Shown: positions 35,754 through 45,159, numbered from the stretch's first letter. The stretch is DNA of 64,000 nucleotides from an uncultured Actinomycetes bacterium (GCA_963704885.1 CAVPIB010000004.1:250044-314043); one strand, 5' to 3'. The notes: generated by a model not told the origin, from the letters alone. Numbers and translations are program-made.

Positions 35754-36967
35754 AGCAGTTCCTTGACGTGGAACAGCCATTGCCGTACCTGTTCCACGAG
35801 CAGATCCCAGTAGAGCCGCAGCGACGGTGAGAACCACACCACCACGAACATCGCGAACAGCGCCGAGCCAACCAGCAGGAGGGTATCGAGGGCCCGGAAA
35901 CCGCGCCCCTGATAGATGCGCGACACACCTTTGGCATCGACGAGCGTCTCTCCCACACGCAGACGCACCAGGAAGGTGCTCGCCATGCCGCCTCTGCCCT
36001 TGTCGAGGAACTCGCGAAGGTTCCCGTGGGTGCCTACGGCCACGATCAGATCTGCCCGCTTCTCGTGCGCCAACAGGAAGGCCACATCCTCGCTCGTGCC
36101 CGCCGACCTCACCACCACGAACGGAACGCCCAGGGTCTCCAGTCGCTCAGCTCCCGGGGCACGCCCGTCCGAGTAGGCGTGAACGATGAGCTCGGTCGGT
36201 TGGCGTCGACGTCTTGACCTCAAGGCCAACTCCAGAGCCCGGTCCGACACGCTGTCCATATCACCCAAGATCAGATCGGGGGTGTACCCCTCGTCAAGGA
36301 GGGCGTCGGCGCCTCCATCGACCCCCAACAGAACCGGGCGTACATCGCCTATATAGCCGCGCAGTGCGGCCAGGTCCTCCCGATAGCTGTACCCACGAAC
36401 CACGACCAACACCGGACGGCCCGCCATCGTGTGGCGGATGTCTGGGAGTCCCGATCCCCCGAAGAGCATGTCCCGCTCCTCGTGCATGTAGGTCAGGGTG
36501 TTGCGCGCGAAGCTCGCGAAGCTCTCTTCGACCGCCTCGTCGGCATCCTCCATGGCTTGCAGGATGGACGCCTCGGTCTGGCGAACGCCCACGGCGACCA
36601 GACCATCCCCGACGTAGATACGGTCACCATCCAGTCGCAGGACGTCGCCTTCGCGAACCTTGTCCAGCAGCAATGGCCCGACCCTGTCGATCAAGGGGAT
36701 CCCCGCTTCGCCCAGGATCAACGGCCCCAGATTGGGGTATCGCCCACTGATGGAGGCGGCCGCATTCAGGACGGCCGAGACCCCAGCGTCCACCAGTGCC
36801 TCCGCGGCGACGCGATCCAGATCCTCGTGGTCGATCACCGCCACGTCCCCCGGCCCTGCACGCGGGACCAGATCCTTCGTTCGCCGATCCACCCGTGCGA
36901 TGCCGGCCGTCTGGCGCCCTCGGCGCGATGGACGTCGTCGCAGACCTCGAGTCCTGGGCGTTGACGT
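35750..36967 (-). CDS. steA: SteA family cytokinesis protein (thiamine pyrophosphokinase-like domain); canonical GTG at 36892, probable ACG start at 36967
   Basis: ARVDRRTKDL, GDVAVIDHEDLD, SISGRYPNLGP, LGVDGGADAL, GDMDSV, LREFLDKGR.GMASTFLVRL. Confidence 0.88.
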   Translation of the reverse strand, partial: TSTPRTRGLRRRPSRRGRQTAGIARVDRRTKDLVPRAGPGDVAVIDHEDLDRVAAEALVDAGVSAVLNAAASISGRYPNLGPLILGEAGIPLIDRVGPLLLDKVREGDVLRLDGDRIYVGDGLVAVGVRQTEASILQAMEDADEAVEESFASFARNTLTYMHEERDMLFGGSGLPDIRHTMAGRPVLVVVRGYSYREDLAALRGYIGDVRPVLLGVDGGADALLDEGYTPDLILGDMDSVSDRALELALRSRRRRQPTELIVHAYSDGRAPGAERLETLGVPFVVVRSAGTSEDVAFLLAHEKRADLIVAVGTHGNLREFLDKGRGGMASTFLVRLRVGETLVDAKGVSRIYQGRGFRALDTLLLVGSALFAMFVVVWFSPSLRLYWDLLVEQVRQWLFHVKELL

Positions 36968-37076
36968 GTGCGGTCCCTCCTCGGCGGGTTCAGCTGGCGA
37001 TCCCGCCCGCCGCGGGTCACCACGCAGGGTAGCCGACCTTCAACCGAATCGCCTGGAGGGCTCAGGGAGGTCCAGC

Positions 37077-38723
37077 TCAGATAGGTCCGGCCCTGGAGGA
37101 CGAGGCTGCCGCCAACAGCTCCTCCGCGTGCGTGACGGCTCCCTCGCTCCCCGTGAGCCCGGCGAGCATCCTCGACAGCTCCTGGACGCGCTCGTCGTCT
37201 GACAGGACGCGCAGGTGAGCCTTGCCAGCCTGTTTGGCCACCACGATGTGCCTGTCGGCGAAGCAAGCGATCTGCGGTAGATGCGTCACGACCAGGACCT
37301 GGCGCCCACAGGCCAGACGCGCCAGCCGGCGGCCGACCGCCAGCCCCGCTTCGCCTCCGATCCCCGCGTCCACCTCGTCGAAGACGAGCGTCGGCACCTC
37401 ATCCACGTCGGCCAGGACGCTCCGGCACGCGAGCATGGTCCTGGACAACTCGCCCCCGGAGGCGGCCTTCGCCAGCGGCGCGAGTCGCTGTCCCGTCGAG
37501 GGCGCCAGTCGGAGCTCGACCCGTTCCTCGCCGGCGGGTCCCGGGTCGGTCGTCTCCAGCCACACTTCGACCACTGCGCCGGGCATCCCGAGCTCGTGCA
37601 ACTCCCGCTCCAGGGCTTCCGCCAATCCTGGCGCCGCCCTCGTGCGCCCAGCCGTGACCGCCGATGCGCGATCCTCGAGCTCGTTCGTGAGGTGATCGAC
37701 CTCGCTGGTCAACTCCGCCAGTCGTTCGTCCGCCGTCGCGAGCGTCGCGAGTCGCTCTGACGCGAGGCCGAGGAAGGCCCGCACTTCGTCGTCGGTGGCC
37801 CCGTACTTGCGTTGGAGACCCTTCAGGGCGGCCAGGCGTTCGCGAACCCCCTGGAGTGCGTCCGGATCGACGACCAGCGACTCGCGATAGGCCCGCACGT
37901 CACGGGCTAGCTCGGAGAGCTCAGCCGCGGATCCACGAGCGCGTCCCCCCAGAGGCGAGGCCTCCCGATCATGCCGGGCGGCATCCTCCAGGAGCGCCGC
38001 GGCCGCGGCCGCCTCGTCGGCGGGCGACGTCTCCCCGGTCAGGATCTGCTCTGCGGCGGCGGCCCGCTCCAGCAGTCGCTCGACATGCGCCAGGCGTGAT
38101 TCCTCGCCGGTGAGATCCTCCGTTTCGCCCGACCGTGGCCCGACGGCTTCGATCTCCCGAACCTGGTAGTCGAGCAGCCCGATCTCTCGTTCGCGTTCGC
38201 GGGCAGCCTCCGTGAGCTCCTTCAGAGCCGCGTTCGCAGACCGCCATCCGTCCCACGTTTGCCGGTACCTCGCCAAAGCCACCACGTGCGCGTCGCCTGC
38301 GAACCGATCGAGGAACTCGGTCTGGATCGACGCCGAGAGCAGCCCTTGAGCCTGACCCTGTCCATGGACCTCTACCAGCGAGGCGCCCAGCGAGCTCAGG
38401 ACCGAAGCCGTAGCCATCTGTCCTCCTACCCTCGCTGAGCTCTTCCCGTCGGCACCGATCGATCGCGCCAGCACGAGTTCGCCGTCCTCGGCCCACTCCT
38501 CGGTCCCCTCGGGCGCGTCGAACCTGACCTGGACGCGTGCGGCACCGGCGCCGTCACGCACGAGAGATCCGGTTGCCCTGGCCCCCAGGGCGAGAGAGAG
38601 CCCCACCGTCACCATGGTCTTTCCGGCCCCGGTCTCGCCGGTGAGAACGTTCAGGCCGGGGTGCAGCTCAAGATCGAGGTCGTCGAAGACCCCCAGACCC
38701 GTGATGTGCAGCTCCCGCAGCAC
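37077..38723 (-). CDS. recN: DNA repair protein RecN
   Basis: LTGETGAGKT, ASGGELSR, LVFDEVDAGIGG, QVLVVTHLPQIA. Confidence 0.97.
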   Translation of the reverse strand: MLRELHITGLGVFDDLDLELHPGLNVLTGETGAGKTMVTVGLSLALGARATGSLVRDGAGAARVQVRFDAPEGTEEWAEDGELVLARSIGADGKSSARVGGQMATASVLSSLGASLVEVHGQGQAQGLLSASIQTEFLDRFAGDAHVVALARYRQTWDGWRSANAALKELTEAAREREREIGLLDYQVREIEAVGPRSGETEDLTGEESRLAHVERLLERAAAAEQILTGETSPADEAAAAAALLEDAARHDREASPLGGRARGSAAELSELARDVRAYRESLVVDPDALQGVRERLAALKGLQRKYGATDDEVRAFLGLASERLATLATADERLAELTSEVDHLTNELEDRASAVTAGRTRAAPGLAEALERELHELGMPGAVVEVWLETTDPGPAGEERVELRLAPSTGQRLAPLAKAASGGELSRTMLACRSVLADVDEVPTLVFDEVDAGIGGEAGLAVGRRLARLACGRQVLVVTHLPQIACFADRHIVVAKQAGKAHLRVLSDDERVQELSRMLAGLTGSEGAVTHAEELLAAASSSRAGPI

Positions 38724-38729
38724 TCTCGG

Positions 38730-38751
38730 ATCCTAGTCCGCGGTACCGACA
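38730..38751 (-). promoter_or_regulatory. PafBC-type (RecA-NDp) DNA-damage promoter of recN
   Basis: TGTCGG (38751-38746) - N10 - TAGGAT (38735-38730), 6 nt before GTG. Confidence 0.7.
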
Positions 38752-39587
38752 TCGCCGGCGTATCCCGCGCCGCCGCCCGGATCACCCGGCAGCTCGAACT
38801 TCTCGCGAACCCGCGTGAGGAAGGCCGGGGCGCCGCGCCGCCGCACCAGGCGCGCGGGCCTATCCGCCGCCCGGATCAGGACCCTGCTGCCCACGGGGAT
38901 CTCCACGCTTTGTCTACCATCGGCAGTGATCAACCCCGGCTCGTCGCCGACCACCTCCAGGACCACTCGCTGTTCCGCACCCAACACGAACGAGCGGTCG
39001 AACACCATGTGAGCCGCGACCGGGGTGAGGACCAAGCACGGCACGTCGGGGCTAACGATCGGGCCGCGGGTCGAGAAGGAGTACGCGGTGGAACCGGTGG
39101 GCGTCGCAACGACGACGCCGTCCGCCGAGAAGGTCGTTACGTAGGCACCATCCACCTCGACCGCTAAGCGAACCAGCCGATGCCGGGCTCGCTTCTCCAC
39201 CATGATCTCGTTCAACGCCCATTGCGCTTGGAACTCGACGCCCCCTGCCGGCTCCGCGGTCGCGGCCAGTCGCTCCTCGATGGCGGCGTCGCCGTCAAGG
39301 GCTCTAGAGATCAGATCGAACGCCTCACCCGGCTCCACCTCCGTCAGGAACCCGAGCCGCCCGACCTTAACCCCCAAGACCGGACAGCCCGCCTGAGCGG
39401 CGACGTGAGCCCCTCGCAGGAACGTCCCGTCCCCACCGACAGAAACCACCAGGTCCAGCGCCTCCTCCCCTGCTCCCGCCGCCTTGACGACGACCGCGCC
39501 CTCGGATGCGAGCTCCGAGCTGAGGACGTCGGCCGCGGCCATGGCCGCCTCGCGCCCCTCGTGCACGACGAGCCCGACCACTCTCAT
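38733..39587 (-). CDS. ppnK: NAD kinase
   Basis: SVGGDGTFL, GRLGFLTE, ALNE, ADGVVVATPTGSTAYSFS. Confidence 0.96.
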   Translation of the reverse strand: MRVVGLVVHEGREAAMAAADVLSSELASEGAVVVKAAGAGEEALDLVVSVGGDGTFLRGAHVAAQAGCPVLGVKVGRLGFLTEVEPGEAFDLISRALDGDAAIEERLAATAEPAGGVEFQAQWALNEIMVEKRARHRLVRLAVEVDGAYVTTFSADGVVVATPTGSTAYSFSTRGPIVSPDVPCLVLTPVAAHMVFDRSFVLGAEQRVVLEVVGDEPGLITADGRQSVEIPVGSRVLIRAADRPARLVRRRGAPAFLTRVREKFELPGDPGGGAGYAGDVGTAD

Positions 39588-40381
39588 CGACGGAGCCTCT
39601 CACCCTCACCGATCGCCTGATCGAGGTCCACGACGCCTTCCGGCGCCCCCTTTCGACCGCGCATGAGGAACTCCACGTTGCCCGCCGGTCCCACGAGCGG
39701 AGAGACCATGACACCTACGACGCCCATCCCGTTGACGAGGCAGGCATCCGTCACCTCGCCCAGCACGCGTCGCCAAACGAGCGGGTCCCTGACCACGCCT
39801 CCCCGGCCCACGTGGTCCGGACCGGCCTCGAACTGGGGCTTCACCAGGAGCACCAGATCGGCGGCCGGCGCGGCCACGCGCGAGAGCGCCGGCAGGACAG
39901 CTCTCAGGGAGATGAACGAGAGGTCGGCGACGATCAGCTCGGGAGCGAACGCCAGGTGGGTGGGGTCTAGGTTGCGGGCGTTCGTTCGCTCCATGACGAG
40001 GACCCGAGGATCCGTCCTCAGCTCCCAGGCTAGCTGCCCGTACCCGACGTCGACGGCGATGACCCTTCCCGCGCCCGCCCGGAGCAAGCAATCGGTGAAC
40101 CCTCCCGTCGACGCCCCGGCATCGAGGCAATCGCGACCGCTCGGATCGATGCCGAAACGGTCGAGCGCCGCCTGGAGCTTGTCTCCACCTCTGGACACGA
40201 ACCGTCGAGGGGACGCCGTCATATGGAGCGGCTCGTCGTCTGAGACGAGCGACGCCGGCTTCGTCGCGGGGTGGCCGCTCACCATCACCAGGCCTGCGTC
40301 GACCGCTGCCTGGGCCTCGGTGCGACTCGTCACCAACCCCCGGCGAACTAGCTCCGCGTCGAGACGCCGCCGAGCCGCCAT
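39584..40381 (-). CDS. tlyA: TlyA rRNA 2'-O-methyltransferase / hemolysin
   Basis: RRLDAELVRRGL, FVSRGGDKL, DAGASTGGFTDCLL, DVGYGQL, DLSFISL, LVKPQFE. Confidence 0.96.
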   Translation of the reverse strand: MAARRRLDAELVRRGLVTSRTEAQAAVDAGLVMVSGHPATKPASLVSDDEPLHMTASPRRFVSRGGDKLQAALDRFGIDPSGRDCLDAGASTGGFTDCLLRAGAGRVIAVDVGYGQLAWELRTDPRVLVMERTNARNLDPTHLAFAPELIVADLSFISLRAVLPALSRVAAPAADLVLLVKPQFEAGPDHVGRGGVVRDPLVWRRVLGEVTDACLVNGMGVVGVMVSPLVGPAGNVEFLMRGRKGAPEGVVDLDQAIGEGERLRR

Positions 40382-40388
40382 CGGCCGC

Positions 40389-40766
40389 TCAGGCGTTGCC
40401 AGTGGCCGCCGGCTTCTTAGCCGCGGGCCTGCGGGCGGCGGGCTTCTTGGCACCCGACTTCCGCCCGGAGGCGGTCATCCCCGCGCGCCGTTCCAGCTCG
40501 CGAACCCGCTTCTTCAACGCGTCAACCTCGGGTCGCGATGCCACACCCATCGACGTCAACTGGTTGGAGATCTCGCGCCCGATGAAGTCGCGTAGCCGGT
40601 CGCGGTAGCGCTGGGACCACTCCAGCATGTCGGCGGCCAACCTCGCCACCTGCTCCTTCGCGGTTCCCGGGTCGGACAGGCTCTTCGCGAGCTCCTGGGC
40701 CTTGGCCGGCGTCAGGTTGCCTATCGTCGCCTCGATGCTCTTGCGGACTTCGTCGAGAGTGGTCAT
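40389..40766 (-). CDS. Phasin-like coiled-coil protein with AAKKP histone-like tail
   Basis: GVASRPEVDALKKRVRELE followed by AKKPAARRPAAKKPAA; AAGGAG SD. Confidence 0.6.
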   Translation of the reverse strand: MTTLDEVRKSIEATIGNLTPAKAQELAKSLSDPGTAKEQVARLAADMLEWSQRYRDRLRDFIGREISNQLTSMGVASRPEVDALKKRVRELERRAGMTASGRKSGAKKPAARRPAAKKPAATGNA

Positions 40767-40822
40767 AGCATCTCCTTGAGTAAGCGAGCACCGCGGTCGT
40801 TCCTCAGCATACCGCCGCCCTA

Positions 40823-41620
40823 TCAGGGCTCATCCGGCCTGGCGTCGAAGAGCGCCGAGAGATCGGCGCCGACGAAGGTCGGGAGGAAGGGCGATCCGGC
40901 CAGATCGTCGCGCCGGGTGACACCGGTGAGGACGAGCAGTGAATCCCATCCGAGCGCGGCCGCGCCTGCGATGTCGGTCTCGAGTCGATCGCCGATCAAG
41001 AGCGGCTGTCCCCCGCCCGCCCTGGCCAGAGCCGACCGCAGGATCGGCGGATGCGGCTTCCCCACGATCTCCGCTCTGATCCCGGTCGTCGTCTCGATGG
41101 CGGCCAGGAGGGCACCCGCCCCTGGCCACCGTCCATCGGGCGCCGGGTAGGAGGCGTCCGCGTTCGTCGCCACCAGCCATGACCCGCGCTCCACGAGCAG
41201 GGAGGCCCTCCGCAGCTTGTCGTAGTTCGCCTGCCGATCCCACCCCACGACGACGCTATCCGAGCGCTCCGCGTCCGCGGCGGCCAGCGCGATCCCGACG
41301 CTCGTGAGCGCCTGTCGGACACCCTCCTCTCCGATCACGAACGCGTCGGTCACTCCACGGGCTACCAGGAGTTCGGCGGTCGCGAGCGCCGAAGTCTCGA
41401 CCTCGTCGGCTCTGGCCTGGACACCGACCGCGATGAGCGCCGCCGCCACCGCCTGGGCCGTGCGGCTCGAGTTGTTCGTCACGAACGCGACCCGCCTGCC
41501 GAGGGCGCGGAGCCGATCGATCGCTTCAGCGGCGCCCGGGATCGGGTCGGACCCCCTATAGAGAACCCCGTCCAGATCGAACAGGAACGCCTCGTACCTG
41601 TCGGCCAGGATGGCCATCAT
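40823..41620 (-). CDS. HAD-IIA family hydrolase (NagD-like)
   Basis: FDLDGVLY, VTNNSSR, ATNAD, VGKP, IGDRLETDI. Confidence 0.93.
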   Translation of the reverse strand: MMAILADRYEAFLFDLDGVLYRGSDPIPGAAEAIDRLRALGRRVAFVTNNSSRTAQAVAAALIAVGVQARADEVETSALATAELLVARGVTDAFVIGEEGVRQALTSVGIALAAADAERSDSVVVGWDRQANYDKLRRASLLVERGSWLVATNADASYPAPDGRWPGAGALLAAIETTTGIRAEIVGKPHPPILRSALARAGGGQPLLIGDRLETDIAGAAALGWDSLLVLTGVTRRDDLAGSPFLPTFVGADLSALFDARPDEP

Positions 41621-41745
41621 GTCGTCGATCGCCCGAGCGCGAGGTGCTCGTAGTCATCGCTCGGATCAAGGATGACGGCTTTCGCGAACTCACTCCGAAC
41701 CAGGCGGTCGCGGCCGGTCATGCGCGACGCCCGGCCGCGCGCGTG
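41617..41745 (-). pseudogene. Probable TPR gene remnant (34-aa ORF from ATG 41721)
   Basis: ARGRASRMTGRDRLVRSEFAKAVILDPSDDYEHLALGRS resembles one TPR; TGA overlaps the HAD ATG. Confidence 0.4.
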
Positions 41746-41792
41746 CGGGCCGAAGACCTCCTGCTTTGGGTCGTCGCTGTTATACAGGGGGT

Positions 41793-42965
41793 GTGCCTCG
41801 CGTCTTCCCGTTCCCTTCGTTGGTCTACGATCCCGCCGTCGCCGGTCCGCTCGACCGCGTGACCGCGCCGCCGTACGACGTTATCAGCGAGGCCCGCCGG
41901 CGAGAACTCCAGACGGAGCCGCGGAACATCGCTCAGATCGACCTGGCCATCGGGCCGGGCTCAGAGGGAGACCGCTACCGGGCGGCGGCAGAGCTGCTCC
42001 ATCGATGGACGGCGGAAGGTGTGCTTCGGCGTGAGGAGCCGGCGTTCCACGCCTATGAGATGCGGGTCGGGCGCGACGCCGCGATGTGCCGGGTCCGCGG
42101 TGTCTTCGCGGCGATGGAGCTCGAAGAGTGGGGCGGGAACGTCCTACCCCACGAGGAGACGATGCCGGGACCGATCGAGGACCGTCTCCGCCTGCTCCGA
42201 GCCGCGCGGACGCATCTGTCGGCCGTGTACGGCATCGTGACCGGCCCGTGTCCTCCCCTCGTGGATCTCCTGGACCGAACCGTGCGAGAACCACCCTCAG
42301 GCGAAGCTGTCGATGAGCAGGGCGTACGCCATCGCCGCTGGCGCATCATTGAGGAGCAGCCGGTCTCGGCATGGCTCGAGAACCAGACCCTCCTGATCGC
42401 CGATGGCCATCATCGCTACGCAACGGCGCTCGCGTACCGGGACGAGATGCGAGCCGCCTCCGGTCCCGGTCCGTGGGATCGCCTCCTCACCTTCATCGTC
42501 GACGCTGGTTCTGAGCATCTAACGGTGGCTCCGTTCCATCGAGTGCAACTCTCGGGCGCGCCGATGGCGGTGGGTGCCCCTGTTGGCTCGCTCGAAGAGG
42601 CGCTCGCCGCGTGCTCTGACGACGACACCGTGGTGGGCTTAGTCGTACCCACGGAGGACGACATCGAGGTCCGGGTGGTGAACCTGAGCGGCGAACCACC
42701 CGCGGTTCGGGCTCTACATGCGGAGCTGATCGATCCAGCACTGCCGCCCACAGCGTTCCGGTACACACCGGATGCCGAAGAGGCGGCGGCGGCGGTGCGA
42801 GGCGGGATCGCTACCGCGGCCTACCTCCTGCCACCGACCACACCGGACCGCGTTCGGGAGGTCGTGCAGCGGGGCGAGCGACTGCCGCAGAAGTCCACAT
42901 ACTTCTGGCCCAAACCTCGAACCGGGATGGTCCTCATGCCGCTCGAGTCCCTCACCCCGGTCTAG
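41793..42965 (+). CDS. DUF1015 family protein
   Basis: VTAPPYDVIS, VLPHEET, LIADGHHRYATA, LPQKSTYFWPKPRTG. Confidence 0.92.
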   Translation: MPRVFPFPSLVYDPAVAGPLDRVTAPPYDVISEARRRELQTEPRNIAQIDLAIGPGSEGDRYRAAAELLHRWTAEGVLRREEPAFHAYEMRVGRDAAMCRVRGVFAAMELEEWGGNVLPHEETMPGPIEDRLRLLRAARTHLSAVYGIVTGPCPPLVDLLDRTVREPPSGEAVDEQGVRHRRWRIIEEQPVSAWLENQTLLIADGHHRYATALAYRDEMRAASGPGPWDRLLTFIVDAGSEHLTVAPFHRVQLSGAPMAVGAPVGSLEEALAACSDDDTVVGLVVPTEDDIEVRVVNLSGEPPAVRALHAELIDPALPPTAFRYTPDAEEAAAAVRGGIATAAYLLPPTTPDRVREVVQRGERLPQKSTYFWPKPRTGMVLMPLESLTPV

Positions 42966-43282
42966 GGGTCTCCCACCGCTGCCTCGAGCTTCTTGATCCC
43001 CGTCGCGACCACCTCCGTGAGGCTCCGCGCTCCAGCCCCGCTCCGGTAGAACCGGCGAGCGAGTGTGCCATACACCAGCACATCATCACCCTTTCCGATC
43101 CCCTTCAGCGCCCGTTTGCCGACCGCCGTGTGCCACACGGCCACCGGGAGGGGGAGGAGGCGCTTGCCCGCCTCCGGAACGGAGAGCCGGAGCTCGGTTA
43201 CCTCATCGCCCGACGGCATCCGGCGCTCGACCGGCTCTGCCGCCACGGTCCCCGCGAGGACGACGACGTTCACCGTCACCAT
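42962..43282 (-). CDS. Single-stranded DNA-binding protein paralog (SsbB-like, no acidic tail)
   Basis: NVVVLAGTV..EP..R.MPSGDEV..LRL OB fold; G.LARRFYR; 106 aa, no DDDIPF-type end. Confidence 0.85.
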   Translation of the reverse strand: MVTVNVVVLAGTVAAEPVERRMPSGDEVTELRLSVPEAGKRLLPLPVAVWHTAVGKRALKGIGKGDDVLVYGTLARRFYRSGAGARSLTEVVATGIKKLEAAVGDP

Positions 43283-43304
43283 GGCTCCTCCTCATCCGAC
43301 GGAC

Positions 43305-43326
43305 ACGCTAGCAGCGGGTACCGACA
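43305..43326 (-). promoter_or_regulatory. PafBC-type (RecA-NDp) promoter of the ssb paralog
   Basis: TGTCGG (43326-43321) - N10 - TAGCGT (43310-43305). Confidence 0.7.
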
Positions 43327-43349
43327 CGACCGGCCGTAGACTCGCGACC

Positions 43350-44300
43350 GTGGGGATCGTCACGTTCGTCGTCGCGCCTGGCATCACCGCTATCGACACG
43401 TTCATGGGGGGACGCGAGCGCTACACGGCCGCCTATCTGCTGAACGCGACCGAGCCCGCGCTGGTCGAGACCGGTCCCGGCACGTCCGTCGAGCCCGTGA
43501 CGCGAGCGCTCGACGCGCTCGGGATCGGGTCGGACGCGCTAGCCCACGTCGTACTCACGCACATCCACCTGGATCATGCGGGAGGCGTCGGCGCCCTCGC
43601 CGCCGCGTTCCCGCGGGCGACCATCTGGGTCCACGGACGCGGGGCACGCCACCTTGCCGAGCCGGCTCGGCTTGTCGCGAGCGCCACCCGCGTCTACGGA
43701 GCGGACCGTATGGCCACCCTGTTCGGACCCGTGGAACCCGTTCCGGCAGACCGCATCCAGGTCTTCGATGGCGGCGCGTCACTGGATCTTGGCGGGCGAT
43801 CGCTCACTGCCCTCGATACCCCGGGACACGCCTCGCATCACCTGGCGATCGTCGATTCCGCAACCGGCGTCGTCTTCACCGGCGATGCCCTCGGCATCCA
43901 CGTTCCGGCTCTGCCCATCCTCCGGCCGGCCACGCCCCCACCGGACTTCGATCTCGACCTGGCGATCGCTAGCATCGAGCGCATCCGGTCGGTCGACCCA
44001 TCGACCCTGCTCTTCGCCCACTTCGGTCCTATCGCGGACGTCGAGAGGACCTGCGACCTCGCCGTCAGGAAACTACGTACCTGGACGACGACGGTGGAGC
44101 GCGCGATGGAGCGCACCAGCGACGTCGACGAGATCGTCGAAGTGCTAGCCCGCGAGGCGGCCGCCGAGATCGTGACCGGAGCCGAAGCCCAGCTTGACCT
44201 GGATCGCCTGGAGACGCTCGCCGGGATCCGCATGAACGCGCTTGGGATCATGCGGTATCTAGCGCAGCGTGCCGAGCTGGAGCGTCGTCAGCCCAACTGA
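43350..44300 (+). CDS. Metallo-beta-lactamase fold hydrolase
   Basis: THIHLDHAGG, TPGHASHH, FTGDA, HFG; TAGACT 7 nt before GTG 43350. Confidence 0.92.
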   Translation: MGIVTFVVAPGITAIDTFMGGRERYTAAYLLNATEPALVETGPGTSVEPVTRALDALGIGSDALAHVVLTHIHLDHAGGVGALAAAFPRATIWVHGRGARHLAEPARLVASATRVYGADRMATLFGPVEPVPADRIQVFDGGASLDLGGRSLTALDTPGHASHHLAIVDSATGVVFTGDALGIHVPALPILRPATPPPDFDLDLAIASIERIRSVDPSTLLFAHFGPIADVERTCDLAVRKLRTWTTTVERAMERTSDVDEIVEVLAREAAAEIVTGAEAQLDLDRLETLAGIRMNALGIMRYLAQRAELERRQPN

Positions 44301-44977
44301 GCCAGCCGTTCGGCGGCGTCGAAGGCGCTCGTGTCGTGGCGCATGACCTTGCGGAACTCCTCGGCAGCCTCCGCCTTGCGTCCGGCGCGAGCCAAGATGT
44401 CGCCCCGCACGTACCAGAGCCTGAGCGTGTACGTCTCCGAGATGTCATCCCGGGTCTTAGCTCGCCCCAGGAAGGCCAGCGCCTCCGCGAAACGTTTCTG
44501 GTCGGCCAACGCAGACGCCGCCACTATCACTGCCTCCGCTTTGGCATCGTTGGGGGCCGTGCCCCGCAGCTCCTCCTCGGCCAACGGAACGGCGTCCGCT
44601 GGACGTCCCAGGCCGCGGAGGCAGTCGGCGATCAGGTGGTTCTGGTCGACCCGCCCCGTGATCCGCTTGTAGGCCTTCAACTCCGTCATGGCCTCACTCC
44701 ATCGCTCCTGGCCGTACAACGCCAGGCCGAGCACCTCTCGCACAGCGGCCGACCGGGGGGCGAACCTCTTGGCCTTCTCCGCCTCCGCCGCCGAACCCCC
44801 CGCATCCCCTCGCTCGAGAAGCTCGATAGCTCGCGACAGCCGAGCGATGGCGTTCTGCTGATCCGATGGACGCGCCGTGCTGCGGACCTCTTCGAGGATG
44901 TCTCGCGGAAGCTGACTGTTGGTCGGACCGGGACGGCGTTGGCCCCCGCCAGAGCGGGGGCGAAGTGGTTTGGGCAT
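44288..44977 (-). CDS. Tetratricopeptide repeat protein (Rv1691-like)
   Basis: REVLGLALY...W.EA..EL, IADCLRGLGRP, LWYVRGDIL TPR patterns; conserved position after the rRNA operon. Confidence 0.85.
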   Translation of the reverse strand: MPKPLRPRSGGGQRRPGPTNSQLPRDILEEVRSTARPSDQQNAIARLSRAIELLERGDAGGSAAEAEKAKRFAPRSAAVREVLGLALYGQERWSEAMTELKAYKRITGRVDQNHLIADCLRGLGRPADAVPLAEEELRGTAPNDAKAEAVIVAASALADQKRFAEALAFLGRAKTRDDISETYTLRLWYVRGDILARAGRKAEAAEEFRKVMRHDTSAFDAAERLAQLG

Positions 44978-45000
44978 CGATGCTCCAGGGTACGAGAAAC

Positions 45001-45032
45001 GGAACGGGCCACCCTTCCGGGTAGCCCGTTCC
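45001..45032 (-). terminator. rRNA operon terminator hairpin
   Basis: 14-bp stem GGAACGGGCTACCC/GGGTGGCCCGTTCC with GGAA loop, followed by GTTTCT. Confidence 0.8.
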
Positions 45033-45040
45033 TAACGATG

Positions 45041-45159
45041 TTCCGGCGACGACCTACTCTCCCACCCAGTCGCCCAGGCAGTACCATCGGCGCTGGAGGG
45101 CTTAACTTCCGGGTTCGGGATGGGACCGGGTGTTTCCCCTCCGCCATAGCCACCGAAAC
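45041..45159 (-). rRNA. rrf: 5S rRNA (ends approximate)
   Basis: GTTTCGGTGGCTATGGCGGAGGGGAAACACCCGGTCCCATCCCGAACCCGGAAGTTAAG...GTAGGTCGTCGCCGGAA. Confidence 0.97.
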
